Translations under genes and position numbers: made by a program
Notes under the pieces: model-generated
Told to the model about the DNA's origin: nothing
Databases searched by the model: none
Seen by the model: only the letters and a program-made list of their open reading frames with translations
Source of the DNA: the human T2T-CHM13v2.0 reference genome, Homo sapiens
Assembly: GCF_009914755.1 (NCBI RefSeq)
Contig: NC_060948.1
DNA: 64,000 nucleotides
Reading direction: 5' to 3' (one strand)
In this document: one piece after another, positions 1-13,682 of the stretch
How positions within the stretch are numbered: the first letter of the stretch is position 1
Layout of the letters: the number at the start of each line of letters is the position of its first letter

Positions 1-1086
<1,086 letters not shown>

Positions 1087-3499
1087 GCACCAGGTAGATT
1101 TCTAAGGTTTCTGACTTCAGGCCTGTTTCAATGACAGCATTTCTGGACCTGCCTGGAGGCTAGGGGAAGTCATTGCCCTTAAGGCAAAGACACAAGCCTA
1201 TCCGGTTTTACCACCTGCTGACTGCAGAGCCCTACTGCTTTGACCAGGCAGAGGTGGTATCCAGGTAGTGGTTACAACAGACTTTGGGCAAGACTTAGTG
1301 CTATGCTTGCTTCAAGTCTGACTGAGTACAGTCCCAGCGGTGGCGGCCACAAGGGTGATTATGTCACCCCTCCCACAGTTCCAGGCGGCTCAGCACAGAG
1401 AGAAAGACTCTGTTTGAGAGAATGTAAGAGAAGAGAACAAAAGCCTATGCCTGGCAATCCAGATAATTCTTCTGGATCTTATCCAAGACTACTAAGGCAG
1501 TACCTCGACGAGTCTGCAAAAACCATAGTGTTACTTAGCTTGGGGTACCACACAATGCAGATATGGCTGCAGTGACCAAAAATTTAGATCACAAAACTCA
1601 AGTCCCTTTGAATAACTGAAAAATTTTCCCAAAAAGGACGAGTACACACAAGCCCAGATTGTAAAGACTGCCATAAATACCTAACTCTTCAATACCTAGA
1701 CACCAAGGAACACGCGCAAGCATCAAGACCACAAAGGAAAATATTACCTTACCAAAAGAAATAAATAAGTTACCAGAGAACAATCATGGAGAGACAGAGA
1801 TACGTTATCTATTAGACAGAGAATTCAAAATAGCTGTTTTGAGGAAACTCAAAGAAATTCAAGGTAACACAGAGAAGGAATTCAGAATCCTATTATACAA
1901 ATTTAACAGGTTGAACTAATTAAAAATAAATAAAGAATCAAACATACATTCTGGAGTTGAAAAATGCAATTCACATTCTGAAGAGCATCAGAGTATTTTA
2001 ACAGCAGAACTGATCAAGCAGAAGAAGATATTGGTGAGATTTGAGACATGTTATTGGAAAATAGAAAATCAGAAGAGTCAAAAGAAAAAAGAAGAAAAAG
2101 CAATGATTCATGCCTACAAAATCTAGAAAATTGCCTGAAAATGGCAAATCTAAGAATTATTGGCCTTAAAGTGGAGATAAGAATGAAAAATTTATTCAAA
2201 GATGTCAGTATTCGAGTACAAACACCAAGAAGATTTATCCCAAAGAAGACTACCTCAAGGCATTTATAATCATCAAACTGTGAAATGTCAATGATAAAGA
2301 TAGAATCCTAAACGCAGCAAGAGAAAAGCCACAAATAACATACAATGGAGATTCAATATGTCTGGTAGCAGACTTTTCAGTGGAAACTTTACAGGCCAGG
2401 AGAGAGTGGCATGACATATTTAAAATTCTGAGGGAAAAATCTACTAACCTATAATAGTATATTGAGTAAAAATGTTCTTAAAGCATGAATAAGAAATAAA
2501 GATTTTTCTCAAAAAAAATGGAGGGATTTTATCAACATGAGACTTGTCAAAAAAATTCTAAAGGGAGTTTTTCCATCTAAAAGTAAAGGAAGTTAATGGG
2601 CAATAAGAAATCATTTGGAAGGTACAAAACTTACTGGTAATATTTAGTACACAGGAAAACACAGAATAACACTGTAATTGTGAAGTGTAAACTAGTCTTA
2701 TCTTAAGTAGAAAGTTGAAAAGATAAACCCATACAAATTATAACTACAACAACTTTTCAGTACATAGATAGTACAATAAGATGTAAATATAAACAACAAA
2801 AAGTTAAAAAGCAGGGGACAATGTTAAAGTGTAGAATTTTTATTACTTTTCCTTTTGCTTCTAAGTTAGTTTTTGCAGTCAGCATAAAGTTGTCATTAGT
2901 TTAAAATAATGGGTTACAATATACTATTTGCAAGCCTCATGGTAACCTCAAATCTAAAACCACACAACAAACACACAAAAAATAAAAAGTAAGAACATAA
3001 GACACACCACCAGAGAAAATCACCTTCGCTAAAAGGAAGACAGGAAGGAAGGAAAGAAGGAATAGAGAACCACAAAACAACAAGAGAACAAATAACAAAA
3101 TGCCTGGAGTAAGTCCTTACCTATCAATAATAACATTAAATGTAAATGGACTAAATGTTTCAATTAAAAGATATAGGGTGGCTGAATGCATAAAATAAAA
3201 TACCCAATAATCCGTTGCTTACAAAAAAACACACTTCACCTATAAAGGCATATGTAGACTGAAAATAAAGGGATAGAAAAGATACTGCATGCTAATGAAA
3301 ACCAAAAAAGATACAGGAGTAGCTGTACTTACACAAAATAGACTTCAATACAAAAACTATAAGAAGAGACAAAGAAGGTCAGTATATAATGATAAAGGCA
3401 TCAATTTAGAAAGAGGATATAACAATTGTAAATATATATATGTACTAAACACTGGAACACAGAGATATATAAAGCAAATATTATTAGAGCTAAAGAGAA

Positions 3500-4033
3500 T
3501 GTGACGGTTAATGTTGAATGTCAACTTGATTGGATTGAAAGATGAAAAGTATTGTTCCTGGGTGTGTCCCTGTGAGGGTGTTGCCAAAGGAAATTAACAT
3601 TTGAGTCAGTGGGCTGGGAGAGGCAGACCCACCCTCAATCTGGGTGGGCACCATCTAATCAGCTGCCAGCATAAAAGCAGGCATGGAAAGTACAGACTTA
3701 CTGAGTCTTCTGGACTCCATCTTTCTCCCATGCTGGATGCTTCCTGCCCTCAAACATCAGACTCCAAGTTCTTCAGCTTTTGGACTCTTGGACTTACACC
3801 AGTGATTTGCCAGGAGCTCTTGAGCCTTTGGCCACAGACTGAGGGCTGCACTATCAGCTTCCCTACTTTTGAGGTTTTGGGACTCGGATTATCTTCCAGG
3901 CTCCTCAGCCTGCAGACAGCCTATTATGGGACTTTACCTTGTGATCGTGTGAGTCAATTATCCCAATAAACTCCCCTTCATATATTCATCTATCGTATTA
4001 GTTTTGTCCGTTTAGAGAACCCTGGTAAATACA
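3500..4033 (+). mobile_element. MLT2A (MLT2A2-like) ERVL solo LTR
   Basis: TGTGACGGTTAAT...TAAATACA termini, MLT2A body, AATAAA near 3965, near-TSD GAGAA/GAGAG; the host L1 ORF2 resumes after it. Confidence 0.92.
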
Positions 4034-5278
4034 GAGAGAGGTAGACCTGAATACAGTAACAGCTGGAGACATCAACATCCTATTTTCAGCATTGGACAGA
4101 TCATCCAAACAGAAAATAAATGAAGAAACATGAACTTAATTTGCACCATACAAAATAGACCTATTAGCTATTTTCAGAATATTTCATCTAATGGTGGCAG
4201 AATATACATTCTTCTCCTCAGTACGTGGATCTTTCTCAAACACAGACCATATGATAGGTCACAAAACAAGTCTTAAAACATTCAAAACCTTTAAATGGTA
4301 TCAAGCACCTTATCTTACTGTAATGGAATAAAACTAGACATTAATAATAAGAGGAATTTTGGAACCTATACAAATACATAGAAATTAAACAATATGCTCC
4401 TGAATGGCCAGTGGGTCAATGAATAAATTAATAAAGATATTAATAAATCTCTTGAAACAAATAATAATGAAAACACAACATACTAAAACCTATGGGGTAC
4501 AGAAAAGCAATACTAAGATGGGAGTTTGTATCTATAAGTTCTTACATCAAAAAAGAAGAAAAACATAAAATAAACAGCCTAATGATGCATCTCAAAGAAC
4601 TAGAAAAGCAAGAGCAAACCAAACCCAAAGTTAGTAGAAGAAATAATAAAAATCAGAGCAGAAAGAAAAGAAATGGAAATTAATAAAATAACACAAAAAA
4701 TCAACGACACAAAATGCTGATTTTTTGAAAAGACAAACAAATTTGATGAAACTTTACTCAGACTAAGAAAAAAAGAGAGAAGATCCAAAGAAATAAAATC
4801 AGAGGTAAAAAAAATATATATTGCAACTGACACCACAGAAATTGAAAGGAGTGGCTATTATGCTCCACTATATAGCAATAAATTAGAAAACCTAGAGATA
4901 GATATATTCCTAGACACATACAACCTACCAAGATTAAACCATAAAGAAATCTAAAACATAAACAGACCAATAATAAATGACAAGATCAAATTTGTAATAA
5001 AAATTCTCCCAGCCAAAAAAAAAAAAAGCCTGGAATTCTATGGCTTCATTGCTGAATTAAACAAAAAATTTAAAAAAACCGATACCAGTCATAGTAAAAC
5101 TGTTCCAAAAAATAGAAGAGGAGGGTGTACATCCAAACTTTTTCTATGAGCCCACTATTACCCTGATACCCAAATCAGACAAAGACACATCAAACAAAGA
5201 AAACTGCAGGTCAGTATCCCTGATGAACATTGATACAAAAATCCTGAAGAAAATAGTAGCAAACCAATTTAACAAAAC

Positions 5279-5593
5279 ATGAAACTGGAAACCCTCATTC
5301 TCGGCAAAGTAACACAAAAGAGAAAACCAAACACCACATGTTCTCACTCATAAGTGGGAGTTGAACAATGAGAACACATGGACACAGGGAGGGGAACATC
5401 ACACACCAGGGCCTGTTGCGGGGTGGAGGCCTGGGGGAGGGATAGTATTAGGAGAAATACCTAATGTAAATGATGAGTTGATGGGTGCAGCAAACCAACA
5501 TGGCACATGTATACCTATGTAACAAACATGCACATTGTGCACATGTACCCCAGAACTTAAAGTATAATAATATAAAATAAAATAAAATAAAAA
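5279..5593 (+). mobile_element. 5'-truncated L1PA (L1PA6-like) 3' end
   Basis: ORF2 terminus plus 3'UTR (GGGGAGGGATAGTATTAGGAGAAATACCTAATGTAAATG) and an (AAAAT)n tail. Confidence 0.9.
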
Positions 5594-6436
5594 GATTATC
5601 TATCATGGCCAAGTGGGATTTTTCCCAAGGATGCAAGTATAGTTCAACATATGCAAATCAATGAATATGATACAACATGCCAACAGAATGAAGGACAAAA
5701 ACCATATGATCATTTTAGTTGACACTAGAAACACATTTGATAGAATTCAATATCTCTTCATTATAAGAACCTTCAAAAAACTAGGAAGAGAAGGAACTTA
5801 CCTAAACATAATAAAAGCCATATATGACACACCCACAGCTAGTATCATACTGAATGGAAAAAAAAACCGCAAGTTTTTCCTATAAGATCTGAAACATGAC
5901 AAGAATACACATTTTCAACACTGTTATTCAGCATAGTTCTGAAAGTCCTAGATAGAGAAATTTCACAAGAGAAAAAATACAGGGCATCCAAATTGGAAAG
6001 AGAGACATTCTTATTTGTCAGTGATATGACCTTATATTTGGAAAAATCTAATTACCATGAAAAATCTTTTACCCTGATACCCCACTCAGACAAAGACACA
6101 TCAAAGAAAGAAAACTACAGGCCAATATCCCTAATGAACATTGATGCAAAAATCTTCAAGGAAATACTAGCAAAACGAATTCAACAACACATTGAAAAGA
6201 TCATCTATCATGACCAAGTGGCATTTTGACTTCATCAAAGACTATTATTAATAGTACATTTGCAGGATATAAAATCAACATACAAAAATCAGTAGCATTT
6301 CTACATGCCAACAATGAACAATCTGAAAAATAAATCAAGAAAGTAATCCCTTATACAATAGCTACAAATTAAATAAAATGCATAGGGCTTACCATAATGA
6401 AAGTGAAAGATATCTACCATGAAAACTGATCAAAAT

Positions 6437-8480
6437 TAATCAAGGCAGTGAAAGACCTCTACAAGGAGAACTGCAAAACACTGCTGAAAGAAATCATAGA
6501 TGACACAAACAAATGAAAAAACGTGATCCATAATCATGGATTGGAAGAGTCAGTATCATTAAAATGGCTATGCTTTGATTCAACACTATTCTTATCAAGA
6601 TACCAACATCATTTTTTTACAGAACTAGAAAAAGACTATTCTAAAATTTATATGAAACCAAAAAATAGTCCAAATTGCCAAAACACTTCTAAGCAAAAAG
6701 AACGAAGCCGGAAGGATCACATTATTTGACTTCAAACTATACTACAAGGCTACAGTAACCAAAGCAGCATAGTAGTGGTACAAAAACAGACACATAGACC
6801 AATGGAACAGAAGAGAGAATGCAGAAACTAAGACATGCCATCTACAGCCATCTGATCTTCAACAAAGTTAATGAAAATCTGCAATGAGGAAAGGACGTCC
6901 TATTCAAAACATGGTGCTGGAATAGCTGGCTAGCCATATGCAGAAACGTAATTTCTTCATGTACAAAAATTAACTCATTTCTTCATGTACAAAATTTCTT
7001 CATGTACAAAAATTAACTGAAGATAAACACTTAAATGTAAGAGCTCAAGCTATAAGAATCCTAGAAGAAAATCTAGAAAACACCATTCTGAATATTGGCC
7101 TTGGGAAATAATTTATGACTAAATCCTCAAAAGCAATTGCAACAAAAATATTGACAAGTGTGACCTAATTAAACTAATAAGATTGTGCACAAGCAAAGAC
7201 ATTATCAATAGAGTAAATTGACAACATACAGAATGGGAGAAAATATTCACAAACTATGCATCTGACAAAGGTCTGATATCCAGAATGTATCAGGAATGTA
7301 AGCAATTGAACAAGCAAAAAGAAATCCCATTAAAAATGGGCAAATTCCACGAACAAACACTTCTCAAAAGGCATAAAACTAGCCAAAAAATATAAAAAAT
7401 GCTCATCACTACTCATCAGAGAAAGGCAGACCAAAACCAAAATGAGATATTATTCCACACCTGTTACAATGGCTATTTTTCTTTTCTTTTTTTTTTTTTT
7501 TTTTGAGACGGAGTCTCCCTCTGTCACCCAGGCTGGAGTGCAGGAGTGCATCTCTGCTCACTGCAAGCTCTGCCTCCCAGGTTCACGCCGTTCTCCTGCC
7601 TCAGGCTCCTGTGTAGCTGGGACTACAGGTGCCCGCCACTACGCCCGGCTAGTTTTTTGTATTTTTTTAGTAGAGACAGGGTTTCACCGTGTTAGCCAGG
7701 ATGGTCTCAATCTCCTGACCTCGTGATCCACCCGCCTCGGCCTCCCAAAGTGCTGGGATTACAGGCATGAGCCTCCGAGCCCGGCCCACAAGGGCTATTA
7801 TTAAAAAGTCAAAAAACAACAAATGTTGGTGAGGCTGCAGAGAAAAGTGAATGCTTCTACATTGTTGGTGGGAATGTAAAGTAGTTCAGTCACTGTGAAA
7901 AAACCGTTTTGTGATTTCTCAAAGAACTTAATACAGAACTGCCATTTGACCCAGGAATCCCTTACTGGGTATATATCCAAAAGAAAATAAATCATTCTAT
8001 CAAAAAGACACATGTATTTGTGTATTTATCACAGCACTGTTCACTGTACCAAAGACATGGAATCAACCTAGAGGTCCATCAATGATGGATTGTATAAATA
8101 AAATGGGGTACACAGACACCATGAGATACTATGCAACTATAAAAAAGAATGAATTCATGTATTTCGTAGCAACATCAGTGCAGCTGGAGGCCATTATTCT
8201 AAGCTAATTGATGTAGGACCAAGAAATCAAATACCACATGTTCTGATTTATAAGCGGGAGGTAAACACTGGGTACTCATGGACATAAAGATAGCAATATT
8301 AGAGAGGGGAGAGACGGAGGGGTCAGGGCTTGAAAAATGAACTACTGGGTACTATGCTCACTACCTGGGTGATGGGATTAATTGTACTTCAAACATCATC
8401 ATTATGCAATATACATGCAACAAACCTGCACATGTACCCCCTTGAATCTGAAATAAAATTTGAAAATATATATTAAAAAA
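6437..8480 (+). mobile_element. 5'-truncated L1PA16-like element (ORF2 3' part and 3'UTR), Alu-interrupted
   Basis: ORF2 remnants; 3'UTR GGACATAAAGATAGCAA...GGGTACTATGCTCACTACCTGGGTGATGGG...AAATAAAATTTG. Confidence 0.85.
7478..7786 (-). mobile_element. AluY-like SINE
   Basis: GCAAGCTC, TTCACGCC and CCGTGTTAGCCAGGATGG diagnostics; poly-T; TSD ACAATGGCTATT (7466-7477) / ACAAGGGCTATT (7788-7799). Confidence 0.93.
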
Positions 8481-10153
8481 AGAAATGCTAAGGGGAGTTT
8501 TTCAAGTTGAAATAAGAGGATGCAAACTAATACCATAAATATTTATAAAATTATAAAGCTCACTATAAAAGTAAGAATATAGTTAAATTCAGAGCACATT
8601 AATACTGTAACGGTGTATATTATAACTTTAATTGTCATATAAAAGTATACATCATTTTTAATTGTCACAAAAATTAGAAGAAAGTATTAAAATAATGATA
8701 GGTACAATAATATGTTAATGAATACATTATATATAAAAGATGTGAATTGCAGCATTAACAATGCAAAAGGTAGAGGAAGGAAAAGTTAAAATGTAGAGTT
8801 TTTTGTATGCAGTCTAAAGGAAGTTGTTATCAGCTTAATATAGGCTGATTTAACCATAAATTTTTTGTAAGCCTTATGGTAACCACAAAGAGAAAACCTG
8901 TAGTAGACGCACCAAAAATAGAGAACAGAATCAAATCATAGCATACCACTGCAGAAAAATCATCAATCACAAACGAAGAGCACATGTGAAGAAGAATGAA
9001 ACAAAGGAACAACAAAAACATTGAGAAAACTATTAAGAAAATGACAATAGTTAAGTTCTTACCTATAAATAATTACTTTAAATGTAAATGTATTAAAGTC
9101 TCCAATAAAATGTCATGGAGGGATTGAATCCATCAAAAAAAAAAAAAAGATCCAATTATATTCTGCCTACGGGATAAAGAAAACATGGTATATATACACA
9201 AGATAATATTATTGAGCCTTAAAAAAAAGGGACTAGTGAATGACATTTGTTAAATCATGGGATAAATTTGTAGGATGTTAAGTAAACCAGTCACAGAATA
9301 ACAAATACTGCATAATTTCACTTATATGTTAATTCTTAAAACGTCAAACTCATAACAGCAGAGAGTGCAATAGTGGTGACTCAAAGTCCTCTTTGGCGAT
9401 GGGATGGGAGAATGGGTAGATGTTTGTCAAAGGGTAAAAGATTTCTGTTAGAATGAATAAGTTTCAGAGGCCTATTGTGGAGCATGTTGACTATTTGATA
9501 ATAATGTATAGGGATACAATTTAAATGGTGTCACTGCTCAAATGTCATGTCAAATTGTAATCCCCAGTGTTGGTCATAGTGTCTTGTGGCAGGTGATTGC
9601 ATCATGGTGGTGGATCTTTCATGAATAGTTTAGCACCATCCTATAGGTGCTGTTCTCATGACATGAGACCCTGTTATTTAAAAGTGTTTAACACCTCCTC
9701 CCCAGCTTGGTCCTGCTCCTGCCATGTAAAATGCCTGTTCCCTCTTTGCCTTCCACCATGAATAAAGTTCCCTGAGGCCTCCCCAGATGCTGGCCATGCT
9801 TCCTGTATAGCCCGCAGAACTGTGAGCCAATTAAATGGCTCACAGAGCCATTTAAAATTCTTAACATTTAAAAGAGCCAATTAAAACTCTTTTCTTTATA
9901 AATTACTCAGTCTCAGTTATTTCTTTGCAGCAATGTGAGAATGGCCTAATACATATACCATACTAGCAAGTTGCTAGGAGAGTAGATCTTCAATATTCTC
10001 ATCACAAAATAAATAAGTATGTGACGTGATGGATATGTTAGTTGATTTAATCATTTCATAATGTGTATATATATATATCAAAATGTAATATTGTACTCTG
10101 TAAACATATAAAATTTCTATTGGTCAAAAATACCTTAACACAGCTGTAAAAAA
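8481..10153 (+). mobile_element. Old L1MA (L1MA8/9-like): ORF1 end, spacer and ORF2 start fused to 3' end; interrupted by MSTA
   Basis: AGAAATGCTAAGGGGAG ORF1 end; ORF2 start near 9041; L1MA-type 3'UTR from 9171 ending TACCTTAACACAGCTGTAAAAAA. Confidence 0.78.
9512..9953 (+). mobile_element. MSTA MaLR solo LTR
   Basis: MST body (TGTAATCCCCAGTGTTGG, CATGAATAGTTTAGCACCATCC), ends GGCCTAATACA, near-TSD TATAG/TATAC. Confidence 0.88.
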
Positions 10154-10159
10154 TATATA

Positions 10160-11070
10160 AATCCACTGAAACAAATAAAAAATAAGCAAAGCAATAATTA
10201 ATTCCAGGCAAAATAAAATAAAGTCCACAAAAGAAAAAGTATCCAGACTATGTTATAAGTTGCCAGTAATATTCATAAAGTAAGGAGGCAAAATCTTGAT
10301 GATCTAAATAAAACCATAATAAAATTATATTCATAGGTGACTGTGAAATGTGCACATGTATATTGCAAAATGGGGATGAAAAATACAGCTAAATATTTAT
10401 ATTCCACAGTGACAATTCAATGGCTAATGTCCAAAATTATAAAATCAATAAATATCAATTGATATAGTTTGAATATTTGTCCCTACCCAAATCTCATGTT
10501 GAAATGTAATCCCCTGTCTTAGAGGTGGGGTCTGGTTGGCGATATTTGGATCGTGGGGTGGATCCATCATGAATGGCTTGGGCCATTTCCATGGTAATAT
10601 GTGAGCTCTCACTCTGCATGCTAATGAGATCAGGTTGTTGAAAAGTATGTTACACCCTCACCTCAGAATCTCTCACTCTCTTGCTCTTGTCCTGGTCACC
10701 TGATATGCCTGCTCTGTCTTTGCCTTCCACCATGATTAGAAGCTTTCTGAGGCCTCGCCAGAAGCAGATATTGCTATGCGTCCTATACAGCCTGCAGAAC
10801 CATAAGCCTGTTAAATCTCTTTTTATAGATTAGTCAGTCTTAGGTATTTCTTCATACCATTGCAGGAATAGTTTAATATAGCAATATTCAATCTTATTTA
10901 AAGAAATGGAGGTTAACATTTAAAATATTTTCTAAAATAGTTGAAAATGTCTCTGGGAAGGTATAAGTGGGGAATGAGGGGGTGAGCTATTTTTTTTCTC
11001 ACCAAATATTATAAAGCTATTTGATTTATTAAGCTATGTGCATATTTAATTTCTATAAGCTTAAAAAAGT
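10160..11070 (+). mobile_element. Ancient L1MC-like 3' end, split by the MST LTR
   Basis: Degenerate motifs ATGGAGGTTAA and CTATTTGA...CTATGTGCAT followed by an A-rich end. Confidence 0.5.
10460..10880 (+). mobile_element. MST-family (MSTA1/MSTB-like) MaLR solo LTR
   Basis: TGATATAGTTTG start, CCAAATCTCATGTTGAAATGTAATCCCC, TAATATA end, near-TSD TCAAT/GCAAT. Confidence 0.88.
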
Positions 11071-11271
11071 AAAAGTAATAACACTGTAGCTGAAGAATAT
11101 TTCTTACTCTAAAGTACTCTGTTGTCAGAAAATTTGTCCCTATGTTTAAGGGTAGCAGCACAATCTTCTCTTGGTTCTGCTATGCTTCTTACAGTGTCTT
11201 TAGTAATTAGGATTCATTGTTAGCAAGCTTATATTTCACATTTTAATGTTAACTCTTGCAACGCCAACAAA

Positions 11272-11392
11272 GCAGTGAGGTTTAGTGGAAAACAGTCAGA
11301 ACTGGGAGAATGTGCTATAGTCCCTGCTGTGCTGACAAAGTCATAGTTGTGACTCACTTAAATTTCTGGGATTGAAATTCTTCATTTGCAAT
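11272..11392 (+). mobile_element. MIR fragment
   Basis: GCAGTGAGGTTTAGTGGAAA...TCACTTAAATTTCTGGG...CTTCATTTGCAA resembles the MIR 5' part and core. Confidence 0.5.
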
Positions 11393-12133
11393 TCTTTTTT
11401 AGTTTTAAAATTGAGGCAGTAAGTAAGTTAGGTAAATTTGAAGTCCACTCTATTTGTATGATTTTCTGGTATTATCATTAATAAGAGAATCAAATGTCAC
11501 TTGGGTTTCGTAGGTCAATAAGCAATTACTATAAAGCAAATACAGAGTGTGGTCTTCTGGAATGAGTGTTGAATGAGACTTTCATCCTGGAAACCTACTT
11601 TTATTATAAGAAAATAACTGGTTCCGGGCAGTAAGCTGTATACCTTCACATTCACTGTTTTTTTCTCATTAATTTTTTTGCGTTTCCTTCACACAACCGT
11701 GATCCCAAGAGCATACATTCAGGATATTGAATAAACAGCTAGGCCATTCATTCTAGTCACTTTCATTCATGATTATGCCTATTGAAATTGAGTGGTATTT
11801 AGGTGATATTTAGCCAGCAAACTAGCGATACTAAATCTTAGCCTTGACATTGTTTCTTCTTGTGAGGTCTCTGAGAAAGATAAATACATAAAAACGCAAA
11901 GAATGAAAAACGAACACGATTGAATGTTAGGGTTTCGAGTCTAAAAGTAAATATTGAACTCTAGTAAGTTAGTATGAACTGCACTAGAAACTCATATTTT
12001 CTAAGTTATGTAGGTATAAATATAGATGAATTAAAGTAAAACCTAACCTTAGCTTCAGAACTCACACTTGTGATGTAATGAAATATTAAATAAGTCCTAT
12101 CTTCTACTATAAGAGAGAAAGGATCAAGGGAGC

Positions 12134-12585
12134 TGCCATAGTTTGGATGTCTGTTTCTCCAAATCTCATGTTGAAATTTGGTCCCCAGTGTTGGAGGTAG
12201 GGTCAAATGGTAGGTGTTTGGGTCGTGGAGTGGATCCGTCATGAGTGGCTAGGTGCTGTCCTCCTGGTAATGAGTGAGTTCATGCTCTATTAGTTCCTGT
12301 GAGAGCTAGTTGTTTAAAAGAGCCTAGCACTTCCCCACTTTATCTGTCTTTTTGTCTCTCTGTCTCTCTCTCTCTGCTTCCTGTCTCACCATGAAATTTC
12401 TGCACAGCTCAGCTCCCTTTCACTTTTCATCATGAGTAGAAGTAGTCTGAGGCCTTCATCAGAAACAGATGTTGGTGTCATGGTTCTCGTACACCCTGCA
12501 GAAATGTGAGCCAAATAAACTTATTTTTTAAATAAATTACGCAGCCTCAGGTTTTCCTTTATGGCAACACAAATGGACTATGGTA
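12134..12585 (+). mobile_element. MSTB/MSTB1 MaLR solo LTR
   Basis: TGCCATAGTTTGGATG start, GGTAATGAGTGAGTT, GAGCCAAATAAAC, AAATGGACTA end. Confidence 0.9.
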
Positions 12586-13682
12586 AGAACCAAAGAGAAA
12601 AATAATAGTTTTCATTTCAATATTCAATGCCAAATTTTGGCAAGGAAGAATGGGTGGTGGTGTATTACTTAGACAAAAGAAAGATGTTCATGGATATTAA
12701 AGAAATGTTGTTTACCATTATTACATCTTGTAGAAGGTCTGATTTGGTCAAGCCCACACACATTAGAAACTTCAGTTCCATTGAGAACTTCACTCACTAG
12801 CCCTGTGTCTCAAGATTTCCTAGGACATGCCTTGTTGCAAGTTTCTGTAGTTTTTTTTTTTCAATTAGGTAATCATTTTTTCTACCTTGGAAATGGAATA
12901 AATGTAGTAATAAATAGATGAAGAAGTGTTCTTTTCCTATCCTTTCCAGTGGTGTCAGTTTCAACTTATGTTTATCTTTCAACTATATCCAGAAAAAGAC
13001 CCAGTTATCAAAAGCCATGCATGAGCTACCTGAACATTTCCTATGATCTGGTCACTTTTTCTGTCACGAATCTTAGGTTTTCTATTTTGCTGTGATCAAC
13101 CTCTTTATCCATTTTTTTTCATGTTCAGGGTCTCATATTGACAGCCAATGCTGTAACATTTTAAATTAAATCTTGCAAATGAAGGTGAAAGAAAATGATA
13201 AGATACTGACCCTACTATAGTCTTCCTCAAAAAACGAAAACAAATCTATGACACATAAAAGAGCAAAATAAAAGGTTTTTATGGAATAAATTGATATATT
13301 TATTTTAAATTTTGTCGTATTATTCTGGACTATTTGTTTTGACACTCTCAATACTAATTTCTCTCCATAGATTCATAGCACTAGAACTACAGAAATAAAT
13401 AACGTTTTAATAAATGTGAATTAAAATGTTACCTCCTAATACATACAGAGTATGTGCAACTCAAATCTGTTGGGAAAATAATTAACCATATATGTCAGGA
13501 ATAGAGAATAACAAAATGCCGATCTTAAAAACAGTGAAAACATACTGAGTGTTAAGCTTAAAATTAATATTCTTTTCACATTTTTCAGGCATTCCAATGA
13601 ACTTCTCTAGGTGTTAGGAACCTGTCAGCTTGGGCAGAATCTCTCCCCACAAAAATTAACACTGTCAGGCAAAATTATAAAT

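Larger units (their letters stand above)
1087..6427 (+). mobile_element. Old L1 (L1M1/L1MA1-3-type): partial 5'UTR, ORF1, long inter-ORF spacer and ORF2 5' two-thirds; interrupted by MLT2A and L1PA6
   Basis: L1M1-type 5'UTR. ORF1 remnant ENCLKMANLRIIGLK. ORF2 start ATG at 3100 (MPGVSPYLSIITLNVNGL). Remnants include [18 protein letters not shown] and KDKNHMII. Confidence 0.88.

Noticed and set aside
3601-3969. 122-aa ORF
   Set aside because: Entirely within the MLT2A LTR and starts at TTG
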